The position numbers and the translations under genes were made by a program. The notes under the pieces were generated by a model. It did not search any database, was not told the DNA's origin, and was given only the letters and a program-made list of their open reading frames with translations. DNA of 64,000 bases. Source: an uncultured virus (IMG/VR IMGVR_UViG_3300003873_000005) (lineage: Duplodnaviria; Heunggongvirae; Uroviricota; Caudoviricetes). Positions 9,237 through 18,018 of this stretch are shown in pieces. Numbering within the stretch: position 1 is the stretch's first letter; each line of letters begins with the position of its first letter. The stretch lies in IMG/VR virus record IMGVR_UViG_3300003873_000005, one strand, 5' to 3'.

Positions 9237-10106
9237 ATGGCACAAACTGGGATATTAGTACGTGGAAATACTTTTGCTAATATTATGTTAGATAAACCTA
9301 TACATAGAGAGATATGTATTACAGAAAAGGGTTTAGTAATTGGCTATGACGCTGGCAGCGGTATTCAAATGTATATGCTAAATTTGGCATCATTAAATGC
9401 CATTTCAAATGTAGCAGAAGATGGTACAATAACCCTTGGGTTTAAGACTTCAAATATTCCTATAACTCATGATGGAGATGGGGATATAAAAGTAACTACA
9501 GAAGGTTTAGTTTTAAATAATACAGATATATTGTCTAAAAATCTTAAATTCATTAAAACTATGGATTCTTCCAGTATTACAATTACTGATTTAGCTGATC
9601 CAGAAAATTTAACTGTCTTAGACTTAAATATTTTAAACAATTTGACTAAAAAAAATCTTAAGTATATAAAGACTATGGATGCTACTAGTATAACGTTTAC
9701 TGATTTAGCTGCTACAGAAAATTTAACTACTATAAATATAGCAGATTTAAATAGTTTAATGCAAGAAAATCTTAAGTATATAAAGACTATGGATGCTACT
9801 AGTATAACATTTACTGATTTAGCTGATCCAGAAAATTTAACTACTATAAATATAGCGGCTTTAACTAAAGTTGCAGATATACAAAAAATACCTACCTTAG
9901 GTACAGTAAGTACTACAGATATTGCAGTAACTAATGTTGATAATAAAGTTATTGTGGTAGATGAGTCAGAAGGTATTTTAGGCACTGCAACAACTGATGG
10001 TACTATAACTTTCAGTACGGCACAAACATCGGGAGCTAGAGTATATGCTTATAATGTAGATATAAGTAAAAATAGTTCTAAGCGCGTTTCAATACTTATA
10101 CCATAA
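9237..10106 (+). CDS. repeat protein with possible C-terminal Ig-like domain (putative virion decoration)
   Basis: Three 38-aa (114-bp) repeats KNLKYIKTMDATSITFTDLADPENLT; C-terminus GTITF...VYAYNVD...NSS. Confidence 0.6.
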   Translation: MAQTGILVRGNTFANIMLDKPIHREICITEKGLVIGYDAGSGIQMYMLNLASLNAISNVAEDGTITLGFKTSNIPITHDGDGDIKVTTEGLVLNNTDILSKNLKFIKTMDSSSITITDLADPENLTVLDLNILNNLTKKNLKYIKTMDATSITFTDLAATENLTTINIADLNSLMQENLKYIKTMDATSITFTDLADPENLTTINIAALTKVADIQKIPTLGTVSTTDIAVTNVDNKVIVVDESEGILGTATTDGTITFSTAQTSGARVYAYNVDISKNSSKRVSILIP

Positions 10107-10120
10107 AATAAAGGAAAAAT

Positions 10121-10540
10121 ATGCAAAAAAGAGACAAAATGTACAGAGACTTAGCAGATGGCTTTGCTCAAATAGGCAAAGCCTTTAGTGCTATAAATGA
10201 CGATGTGGAAAATCCACCGGCGGCTAAAATTCTTGCCATACAAATCGCCGATAAAATGAATCTTGGTGATGCAGAACTTATTGAGTTAATTGGCTTTTTA
10301 CAATATTGCTCAGCTAATAAAGATTTTAGTATGCAAAAACTTGCAAAAGAGTTATCTGGTAAAGATAATAATGGGCAAGGTAGCAATGGACAAGATAACA
10401 ATGGACAAGATAACAATGGACAAGATAATAATGGACAAGAGAATAATGGACAAGAGAATAATGGACAAGATAATAATGGACAAGATAATAATGGAGAGCA
10501 AGAAGATTCAAAAATCAGTGAAAGTCCAGTAGAGGGCTGA
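10121..10540 (+). CDS. hypothetical protein with a GQDNN low-complexity tail
   Basis: AAGGA RBS; about nine 15-bp repeats at 10362-10495. Confidence 0.75.
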   Translation: MQKRDKMYRDLADGFAQIGKAFSAINDDVENPPAAKILAIQIADKMNLGDAELIELIGFLQYCSANKDFSMQKLAKELSGKDNNGQGSNGQDNNGQDNNGQDNNGQENNGQENNGQDNNGQDNNGEQEDSKISESPVEG

Positions 10541-10544
10541 TAAT

Positions 10545-10796
10545 TTGAATATATTTGAACTTTGTCCTAAAGGCTATACTAATGGCGAAAACTGTAAAAA
10601 ATTAATCTGTCATTACAAAGATACTTCAGGGCATTGTTCACTTATAAAAGCTACAGAAGATAGAGAATATTCAATAGAAGAAATAGCTACAATTTTACAA
10701 ATATCAAGACATCGAGTTTGGAGAATATATAACAATGTCTTGGATAAACTACGTAACGGAGTCTATAAAGATAGACTTAAAGAAACTAAAAAATAA
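10545..10796 (+). CDS. Cys-rich N-terminus plus sigma70 region-4.2-like HTH
   Basis: YSIEEIATILQISRHRVWRIYNNVLDKLR matches the pattern TLEEIG..L.VSRERVRQIE..AL.KLR; four Cys in the N-terminal part. Confidence 0.7.
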   Translation: MNIFELCPKGYTNGENCKKLICHYKDTSGHCSLIKATEDREYSIEEIATILQISRHRVWRIYNNVLDKLRNGVYKDRLKETKK

Positions 10797-10809
10797 CTTG
10801 TTTTATAAT
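10777..10809 (+). promoter_or_regulatory. promoter AAG-N13-ACTT-N4-TATAAT
   Basis: TTAAAG-13 nt-ACTT-gttt-TATAAT. Confidence 0.6.
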
Positions 10810-11112
10810 ATATCTACAAATGAATAAAATTTAAGAATTTAAATGTTTACAGGTATAAATAATACTATTAATAGTCAAAACACCAACTATAGCATTAATA
10901 TAATTTTAGAGTCATTACTTAAGAAAGTAAATGAGTATAAAAAATATAGATTATTTTTGACTGCAAATAAGCCTGAGGATTTTACAGGGATTTATTGTAC
11001 AAAAATATAAAAGTTTGTATATTTAGATGAAGTAGATAAAGCTGAGGTGTGTAAGTAGACAGCTAAAATTATTTGATAAAAATGCTATAAATATAGCAGT
11101 ATAGGATTAAAA

Positions 11113-11358
11113 ATGACAGAAAAAGATTTACATAGAGGCGAAGTTTATGATAGTATTAAAAATGGTTTGGTTATACTAAGAGACCAAGGAATATTTGATG
11201 GCATTTTTAGCTACCATTTCTTTTCTTTAGAATTTAATAGCCATTTATACTGGACAAGTAAACAGTTGCCAAGTAAACTAAAAAACTTTGAACTAGAAGC
11301 TCAGAGTAAAAAATCTTGGGTGCAAAAAAACAATTTCAGTAAAAAAATAGAGCTGTAA
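11113..11358 (+). CDS. hypothetical protein
   Basis: AGGA RBS. Confidence 0.55.
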   Translation: MTEKDLHRGEVYDSIKNGLVILRDQGIFDGIFSYHFFSLEFNSHLYWTSKQLPSKLKNFELEAQSKKSWVQKNNFSKKIEL

Positions 11359-11420
11359 AGCTCAAAATAAAAATCTTAGATGCAAAAACAATTATAGCAA
11401 AAATACAGAAAGGAGAAAAA

Positions 11421-11627
11421 ATGGTAGTGGTTAAAAGTAGTAATATACATAGTTTAGAGTATATACCTGAAGAAAAAGAATTAACAATTGAGTTTAACTC
11501 AGGAGGAGTTTATGTATATAGAAAAGTTCCTAAAGATGTCTATGATTCATTTCTTGAAGCGGATAGTAAGGGTAAATTCTTTTTTAAACATATAAAAAAG
11601 AATTATGATTTTGAAAGGTTACAATAG
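11421..11627 (+). CDS. KTSC domain protein
   Basis: VKSSNI.S..Y......L.IEF.SG.VY.Y..VP...Y..F..A.SKGKFF..HIK. Confidence 0.9.
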   Translation: MVVVKSSNIHSLEYIPEEKELTIEFNSGGVYVYRKVPKDVYDSFLEADSKGKFFFKHIKKNYDFERLQ

Positions 11628-11670
11628 ATATGAGAATAGAAAAGGTCTTTGCTCAAAGTAGAAAACCTCT

Positions 11671-11961
11671 ATGATTAAGTTATCTTTTATTGCTGACTTA
11701 ATTCCTGTAGATAATTTTTTGGGCTTAAAACATGCTAAAGAGTATGTAATACTTAAAAATGATATAGACATAGGACTCATAGAGGCTTATATAACACATA
11801 GTGAAATATATATCTTTAACGTTAAGCTTAAAGTTAAATTTCAAAAAAATGGCTATTTCCGTGATTGGCTACTATCACAGGATAAAAAAATTATAGCTCT
11901 TTGGCCTAAGCCAGAGATTATTAATTATTGGAAAGCCTTAGGGGCTACTTTAATTTTTTAA
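11671..11961 (+). CDS. possible GNAT-like acetyltransferase
   Basis: IYIFNV.....FQKNGY...YWKALG pattern. Confidence 0.4.
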   Translation: MIKLSFIADLIPVDNFLGLKHAKEYVILKNDIDIGLIEAYITHSEIYIFNVKLKVKFQKNGYFRDWLLSQDKKIIALWPKPEIINYWKALGATLIF

Positions 11962-11973
11962 AGGATTAAAAAA

Positions 11974-12957
11974 ATGAAATTAAAAATAAAACAAGAAATA
12001 CCAAAACAGTTTATAACTGATACTGAGTTTAAGTATGATTTTGCAAGGGCTAAAAAAGCAATATCTTTAGACATGCTAGATATATATGATAATGATACTA
12101 TAGCTGAAGAAAAATATGATGGTTCTAGGTATGGGGCTGTTATAACCGATGAGGTAAAGCTAGAGTCCAGAAATGGTATAGATAGAGCTGTAAATGTGCC
12201 ATATATTTGTAAAGCATTAAAAGAAATTTTTCCTAAAGATACAATATTAGATGGTGAAATTTGCCATGTATGGGCACCAAGAAATAAACGTTGGGAATTA
12301 TCTAGATCAGTTATGGGTACTAAAGGTTATAATCCAGAAGTTGAACCTGCGCAATATATTATTTATGATATTCAATATTTAGATGGAAAATGCCTTAAGG
12401 ACTTAGAGTTGACTACTCGTAGAGAAATACTAGCAAAAGCACTTTTAAAATTAAATGATAAATTTGAAAAACTTGAGACTACTTTAGCCACAAAAACTCT
12501 GTGTATACCAAGGCAATTTCCTATCAGCTATGCTAAACAGCTTTATTTAAGTATTTTATCTGATAAAGGTGAGGGTATAATGCTAAAAGCAAAAAAAGAA
12601 AAATATGCCAAATCTTGGACAAAGTTAAAAAAAGTTTTTTCTATAGATTGTTTCATTTCTGGAATAGAGAATGGTAAAGGTAAATACGCAGGTCAAATTG
12701 GTTCTTTAAAAATATCAGTATTTGATGAAAATAAATCTGCTGTTCAAATAGGCAAGTGCTCTGGCATGGATGATGCTAAAAGAAAAGAGTTTACACAGAT
12801 GACCATTAATGGTGAATTACTGCATAAAGTAATAGAAGTTAAAGCAAATGAAATAACTAAGAATTTAAAACTTAGACATCCAGTGTTTATTAGAGAACGC
12901 TATGATAGAACAATAGAAAGTTGCAATATATCTCAATTGAAGGAGCATTTAAAGTGA
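11974..12957 (+). CDS. ATP-dependent DNA ligase
   Basis: EEKYDGSR, ILDGEI, YIIYDI, EGIMLK, W.KLK, LRHPVF..R.D. Confidence 0.93.
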   Translation: MKLKIKQEIPKQFITDTEFKYDFARAKKAISLDMLDIYDNDTIAEEKYDGSRYGAVITDEVKLESRNGIDRAVNVPYICKALKEIFPKDTILDGEICHVWAPRNKRWELSRSVMGTKGYNPEVEPAQYIIYDIQYLDGKCLKDLELTTRREILAKALLKLNDKFEKLETTLATKTLCIPRQFPISYAKQLYLSILSDKGEGIMLKAKKEKYAKSWTKLKKVFSIDCFISGIENGKGKYAGQIGSLKISVFDENKSAVQIGKCSGMDDAKRKEFTQMTINGELLHKVIEVKANEITKNLKLRHPVFIRERYDRTIESCNISQLKEHLK

Positions 12958-13127
12958 TTAAATTTAAGAGACTACAATTTCTTAGTAGAAAAAATTGGTA
13001 TAGTAAACTAGGCAATAAAACTATAATAGATTTAAAGTTCTTTGCATTTACTAAAACGCCTAACAGTATTCAGTTTGGTGTAGTTTCTCTTTACCATACA
13101 TGGTACAGTATTTTTATTGCTTGGTAA
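12954..13127 (+). CDS. small hypothetical protein
   Basis: GTG start follows AAGGAG and overlaps the ligase stop. Confidence 0.5.
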   Translation: MIKFKRLQFLSRKNWYSKLGNKTIIDLKFFAFTKTPNSIQFGVVSLYHTWYSIFIAW

Positions 13128-13131
13128 ATAA

Positions 13132-13878
13132 ATGGCACAAATAGATTTACCAGCTTTGGTTATACCAGACGATAGAATAGTAACTAGTGATAATTATTAC
13201 TCTGGTTTAGACTATCCTGAAATGCCTTTTTTTCCTTTTTCTCCGGCAGATTTTAGGGCTAAAGATCTACCTATTAAATATGCACAAAATAGGTATGAAA
13301 TAGTTGGTTCTGGGCCTGAAGATAAAAAATGTAAGTCTCTTTGTTTTGATAATAAATATTGGGACTGCACTACTGGCCAGTGTAAAGAATATAGTAGTTA
13401 TAAAATAAGTACAGGTTCATCAAATCAGGTTAATAATGAATGGCTAGAGATAAATTATATTTATGCTGCTGGAGGTAGTCCAGTTAGTAAACAAGAAACA
13501 TTTTTTCAAAAAAACTATGGGCTAAGTAATTGGAATAGCAATATGGGAAGGACTAATTCAATAAGTATATCTAGAAGTAGTTTAAGTGCTCTGGCTAATT
13601 ATACAGAGATAAACCAGCCTAATTTCTGTTATAACTCATCAGGTTTAATTGGTTCTGGTTTTAAGGATTCTGAGTATATATACAGACTATTTTTGCCTAA
13701 GGCATTAGATTGTGGTATATTAATATATGATTGGGTTGTTTCAAATCTTTTTATAAGTTTATCTATGCTACCTGGTCTTAGTGATTCTGAAATAGAACAA
13801 AAAGAGTATTATTATGCTCATTGCTATATTGAAAATTTGGTTTTACACATCCCAGCAAAAATTACTTATATTAAATAA
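13132..13878 (+). CDS. hypothetical Cys-containing protein (possible adhesin-like)
   Basis: 248 aa; CKSLC..WDC..GQC cluster followed by a beta-rich domain. Confidence 0.6.
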   Translation: MAQIDLPALVIPDDRIVTSDNYYSGLDYPEMPFFPFSPADFRAKDLPIKYAQNRYEIVGSGPEDKKCKSLCFDNKYWDCTTGQCKEYSSYKISTGSSNQVNNEWLEINYIYAAGGSPVSKQETFFQKNYGLSNWNSNMGRTNSISISRSSLSALANYTEINQPNFCYNSSGLIGSGFKDSEYIYRLFLPKALDCGILIYDWVVSNLFISLSMLPGLSDSEIEQKEYYYAHCYIENLVLHIPAKITYIK

Positions 13879-13888
13879 ATAATACAGG

Positions 13889-13921
13889 TTTAAGTCTTAA
13901 TATCATTACTTGATATATAAT
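13889..13921 (+). promoter_or_regulatory. promoter AAG-N13-ACTT-N4-TATAAT
   Basis: TTTAAG-13 nt-ACTT-gata-TATAAT. Confidence 0.75.
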
Positions 13922-13956
13922 ATAAATCTAAACAAATTAACACAAAGGAGTTAGAA

Positions 13957-14460
13957 ATGAGTATGACCAAAACACAACTCATAGCAGCAGCAACAAAGTT
14001 AGGCTTAGAAATAGCCAGTAAAGAGACAAGGGATTCTCTTATTGAAAAGATTGCAAATTTCTATAACGAAACTGGCGATACTGAAGATTTAAAGGCATTT
14101 TTAGAGGACAATGGATTTACTCTTACAGAAGAGGGCGAAATAGTTAAAGCTAAAAAGCAAAAAAAACTTGGTGAAAATCCTAATACAAAGGCGTATCATA
14201 TTATAAAAGTATTGCAAGATGCAAGTCTGGCAAAGTTATCTTATAAAGAACTTAAAGCTTACTTGCTAGAAGCTGAAGGCATTGAAACTACTCCTGCAAG
14301 TATTGCTTGGTATGCAAATTGGATGAAACAAAAAGGCATGGATCCAATACCTAGAGTTAAAAAAGCAGTATCAAAAAAAGAAACTGTAGTTGAAGACGAA
14401 GGTAAAAATGAAAGTGATGAAAAAGTTGAGTATGAAGATGAAGATGGAGATGAAGATTAA
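13957..14460 (+). CDS. putative nucleic-acid-binding protein (HeH/Rho-N-like N-terminus, HTH, acidic tail)
   Basis: MTKTQLIAAATKLGL....TRDSLIEKI; C-terminal EDEDGDED. Confidence 0.55.
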   Translation: MSMTKTQLIAAATKLGLEIASKETRDSLIEKIANFYNETGDTEDLKAFLEDNGFTLTEEGEIVKAKKQKKLGENPNTKAYHIIKVLQDASLAKLSYKELKAYLLEAEGIETTPASIAWYANWMKQKGMDPIPRVKKAVSKKETVVEDEGKNESDEKVEYEDEDGDED

Positions 14461-14474
14461 AAAATAGTCTTCTT

Positions 14475-14510
14475 TAGGATAAGCTATTTATCTAGCTTAT
14501 CCTATTTTTT
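14475..14510 (+). terminator. Rho-independent terminator
   Basis: 12-bp stem TAGGATAAGCTA/TAGCTTATCCTA followed by T6. Confidence 0.85.
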
Positions 14511-14572
14511 ATTTAGTTGAATCCATTTCACTTCATTTCAATTGGATTCAATTAAACAAATAAAGGATTAAT

Positions 14573-15118
14573 GTGAAAAATATTTATAATAGACAAGTTA
14601 AGTTCCAAAAAGTCATGAAAACAAATTATGATATAATGTATTTAGCTTTAATTGAAGAACTTGGAGAACTTGTAGCAAGTTTTGGCTATTCAGATTGGAA
14701 ACAAACTGTTAGAGATGAAGATAACATAAGAATTGAAGCTATGGATATATGTATATTTGCAATTAATTGCCATTACTATTTAAATAGAAGATATTCAGCT
14801 ACACAAGGAGTATTAACTAATCTTATAATCTCTGATATACAGTTAATTAAACAAATTCAAACTTTAATAGCTAATGATAAATACTTAGAAATAGTGGCTT
14901 TAATCTTTGCAATTTATCCAGATGTAAAAACTAATATAATTGGTAAACAGGCTTTAAATACTTTTAGACAAGATAATGGGTATAAACTTGGAACATATAA
15001 AAAGCTTTGGAATGGCCAAGAAGATAATGTAACAATGCTAGAGTATGTAAAAAATAACCTAAACGCTACTTTTGAGGATATCTATACTTACTTATCTGAG
15101 ACTTACGCAAGTTTATAA
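14573..15118 (+). CDS. dut: dimeric (all-alpha) dUTPase, possibly also dCTPase
   Basis: EELGEL...WK...E..D..IF and KQALNTFRQDNGYK.GTY.K.WNG.EDN, the Campylobacter-type C-terminal motif. Confidence 0.85.
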   Translation: MKNIYNRQVKFQKVMKTNYDIMYLALIEELGELVASFGYSDWKQTVRDEDNIRIEAMDICIFAINCHYYLNRRYSATQGVLTNLIISDIQLIKQIQTLIANDKYLEIVALIFAIYPDVKTNIIGKQALNTFRQDNGYKLGTYKKLWNGQEDNVTMLEYVKNNLNATFEDIYTYLSETYASL

Positions 15119-15119
15119 A

Positions 15120-15356
15120 ATGTATACTATAGAAACTATAGAGATTTTAACTGGGTATTCTAAAAACACTATCTATAATTTAACTAGTTTAATAAGTATT
15201 AAGCCATTTAAAAATAGAATACCCGGCAATCCATCTAAAGGCACATATAATGAAAAGGCTTTAGAAGCTCTTTTGTATTATAAAAAGCTCACTCAAGAGC
15301 AGCAAATAAATAAGAAAGAAGCAGTAAAGATGGTATTAGATGCTAAAATATTATAA
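15120..15356 (+). CDS. HTH DNA-binding protein
   Basis: MYTIETIEILTGYSKNTIYNL. Confidence 0.6.
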   Translation: MYTIETIEILTGYSKNTIYNLTSLISIKPFKNRIPGNPSKGTYNEKALEALLYYKKLTQEQQINKKEAVKMVLDAKIL

Positions 15357-18018
15357 AGGCAATGGCAAAGCTCAATGGAAATTAGCTGATGAACATAATC
15401 CACCACCTAAAATGGTGTATGAAACAATTTTATCTTTAGATAGAAATCCAAATGACTTAGAATCTAGTTTGGATCAAAGTTATTGGGGTCCATTTTATAT
15501 AGACATTGATAATGAAGATTTCTCTATTGCTCATAGTGATACAAAAAAGATTTTAAGATACTTAGTTAATTCTTATAATCTAAATGTAGAGAATGACCTA
15601 CAAATATTTGTTTCTGGAAAAAAAGGGTTTCATATCTTACTTAATCCTTATATTTTTATGGATAGTAAGCCTAAAAAACAATTGGCTTACAGATATAAAC
15701 TAATGGCCGCTATGATACAAAAAAATATAAAAGTAGTATTAGACATGGTTGTTTACTCAGGTAAAAAAGGTAGAATGTGGAGAATACCAAATGTTATAAG
15801 AGCAGACAATGGAAAATATAAAATTCCTATAACCTATATGGAAGTTATTTCTGAAGATTCAAATTATTTAATTGATTCTTTATGTATACAACCAAGAACT
15901 GGGTTTAATTTTACTTGGAAGAGAGTTCAAAGAAATCCATTAGTTGTTTCTTGGTTTAAATCTTGTAATATTCCTATCCTAACTAATAAAATAGTTGTAG
16001 AAGAAGAAGATTTAAAAAACCAAGACATACCTGAAGGAATAGTTAAATTAGCTGCTTTAAAGGATATAAAACCAGATGCTAGATTTAACCTTTTAGTCTT
16101 AAATGCAGCTGTATATGGTGCTAGAGTGGGCTGGCCAGAAGATAAAGCCTTAAGATATTTTACTAAAACTTTAACTTATAGTTCTTCTGTATATAAAACT
16201 TATGAAGATAAAATAGACCATTTTAAAAATGTTTTTGGCTTTGTACTGGAAAATAAAGATTATAAATTTGATTGTCATTTTTTATCCACGGTTGTATCTG
16301 GAATAGACTGTAATAAGATAAAAGCCACTACCGAAGGTGCCGATGATTATGACGAGGATTTTGGAATATATATAAAGGATAATAATTATTATCTAAGTAC
16401 TGAAAATGGTCCTAGAAGATTGACTGGCTTTACTATGAAAATACTTCATGATGTTGAGTATGAAAATGGATCTGTAGGCTATGACGTAAGTTTAAAAAAT
16501 GCAAGAAATAGGAAAAAAAATATAGTAGTTCCAGAAAACAGCTTTGCAACTAAGAGTGGTTTTGCAAAGTTTTTATCTCCAGATTTTCCAATATTTTGCT
16601 CAGAAAAGGAGTTTGCCATGATAGGCTGGCATATAAGAAAAAATGAACCAAATGTACAGATTGGTAAAGATTTTATTGGTCTACACTATATAGACAAAAA
16701 GTGGCACTATGCAAATGCAGAGGGCTCTATATCTTTAGACGGTGATATAGACAGAGTAAAAGTAAATGCTAAGTCATTGACTATAGTTAACACTAATATA
16801 GATTATAACTGGCCTGAAGTAACTAAAGAACAATTATTAAAATCTGTTGAGCCTTTAACAAATTTTAATCAACCTCAAGTAGTAATTCCTATGCTTGGTT
16901 GGTTCTTTGGAAGTTTTTTCAAGCCTCATTATAACTTAGCCTTTAGTCAATTTCCATTATTATTTATTTTTGGGGAAGCGGGTGCTGGAAAAACTGCCAC
17001 TGGCTTAAAACTTAGAAGGCTATTTTCAATGGAGGATAAGGCTTTAAAATCTATAACAGATGTTACACAATTTAGTCTTATGGCAGCTTGTAATAGTTCT
17101 AACTTAATTCCATTAATCTTAGATGAATATAAACCAATGATGATGAAAGAAACTCAAACACACTTAGTATCTAGACTTATCAGAGGTGCATATAACGCCT
17201 CTAGAGGTGAAAGAGGAACCGCTAGTCAAGAAATAATACCTTATTACTATAGAGCTCCAATTGTATTACTTGGAGAGCAGTCTATAATAGAAACAGCTGT
17301 ACAACATAGAGTTATAGAAGTTCAATTATCTAGGCAGTATATACAAGATGGGAAATACACTAAAAATTTTAATACTATTGATGATTTAGACCTAGAAGCT
17401 ATTGGTAAAGGCTTTTTAACATTAGCTATGTCAATAAATCCCAAAGAAATTAAGATTAAGACTAATAAGAATATAAAAGATCTAGGTGAAAGGCTAAGAT
17501 TACCAGAAAGACCTTTATTTAATGTTGCAGTAGTTCGAACTTGTTTAGAATACCTAATAGAATATTATGATCAGCATGGAGTAGACATAGAAAATATAAT
17601 TAACAGCTTATTTAAAGATTATTTAGCATATATAAGCGTAGGTAATGGGGTGTTAGATAGCATAGCTAGTAAAAATGATATTATAAAAATAATTGAGACC
17701 TTTAATCAAATGGCTGATTTTAATGCAAGTCCTATGCCAATAACTAATAATATACATTATGCTAGTAGAAAGGGAAATATACATCTTAATATTCAAGCTA
17801 TTTATCCTTTATTTTCTAAATATAATAAAGATTATAACCTTGGTATATTTGATCCCGGCTATGTTAGCTTCTTAAAAATGTTACAAAAAGAGCCTTTTTG
17901 TTTAGAGATAACTAATAGTACTGAGGTTAGTAAAGTTAAAAATCTCACAGTCACACTAAGTATTAGTGAGCTAGAAAAAAGAGACATACAAGTAAGTAGA
18001 TTAAAAGGTTTAGACTAA
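15340..18018 (+). CDS. primase-helicase (AEP primase plus C-terminal P-loop ATPase)
   Basis: FYIDID, SGKKGFHI, R.WRIPN; Walker A GEAGAGKT, Walker B LILDEY. Confidence 0.88.
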   Translation: MLKYYKGNGKAQWKLADEHNPPPKMVYETILSLDRNPNDLESSLDQSYWGPFYIDIDNEDFSIAHSDTKKILRYLVNSYNLNVENDLQIFVSGKKGFHILLNPYIFMDSKPKKQLAYRYKLMAAMIQKNIKVVLDMVVYSGKKGRMWRIPNVIRADNGKYKIPITYMEVISEDSNYLIDSLCIQPRTGFNFTWKRVQRNPLVVSWFKSCNIPILTNKIVVEEEDLKNQDIPEGIVKLAALKDIKPDARFNLLVLNAAVYGARVGWPEDKALRYFTKTLTYSSSVYKTYEDKIDHFKNVFGFVLENKDYKFDCHFLSTVVSGIDCNKIKATTEGADDYDEDFGIYIKDNNYYLSTENGPRRLTGFTMKILHDVEYENGSVGYDVSLKNARNRKKNIVVPENSFATKSGFAKFLSPDFPIFCSEKEFAMIGWHIRKNEPNVQIGKDFIGLHYIDKKWHYANAEGSISLDGDIDRVKVNAKSLTIVNTNIDYNWPEVTKEQLLKSVEPLTNFNQPQVVIPMLGWFFGSFFKPHYNLAFSQFPLLFIFGEAGAGKTATGLKLRRLFSMEDKALKSITDVTQFSLMAACNSSNLIPLILDEYKPMMMKETQTHLVSRLIRGAYNASRGERGTASQEIIPYYYRAPIVLLGEQSIIETAVQHRVIEVQLSRQYIQDGKYTKNFNTIDDLDLEAIGKGFLTLAMSINPKEIKIKTNKNIKDLGERLRLPERPLFNVAVVRTCLEYLIEYYDQHGVDIENIINSLFKDYLAYISVGNGVLDSIASKNDIIKIIETFNQMADFNASPMPITNNIHYASRKGNIHLNIQAIYPLFSKYNKDYNLGIFDPGYVSFLKMLQKEPFCLEITNSTEVSKVKNLTVTLSISELEKRDIQVSRLKGLD

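Noticed and set aside
10168..10532. Alternative-frame ORFs 10168-10416, 10290-10532 and 10326-10511
   Set aside because: By-products of the 15-bp repeat, with no convincing RBS.
10843..11058. Possible decayed ORF downstream of the 10777 promoter
   Set aside because: 55 codons followed by a stop, with no clear RBS and no recognisable family.
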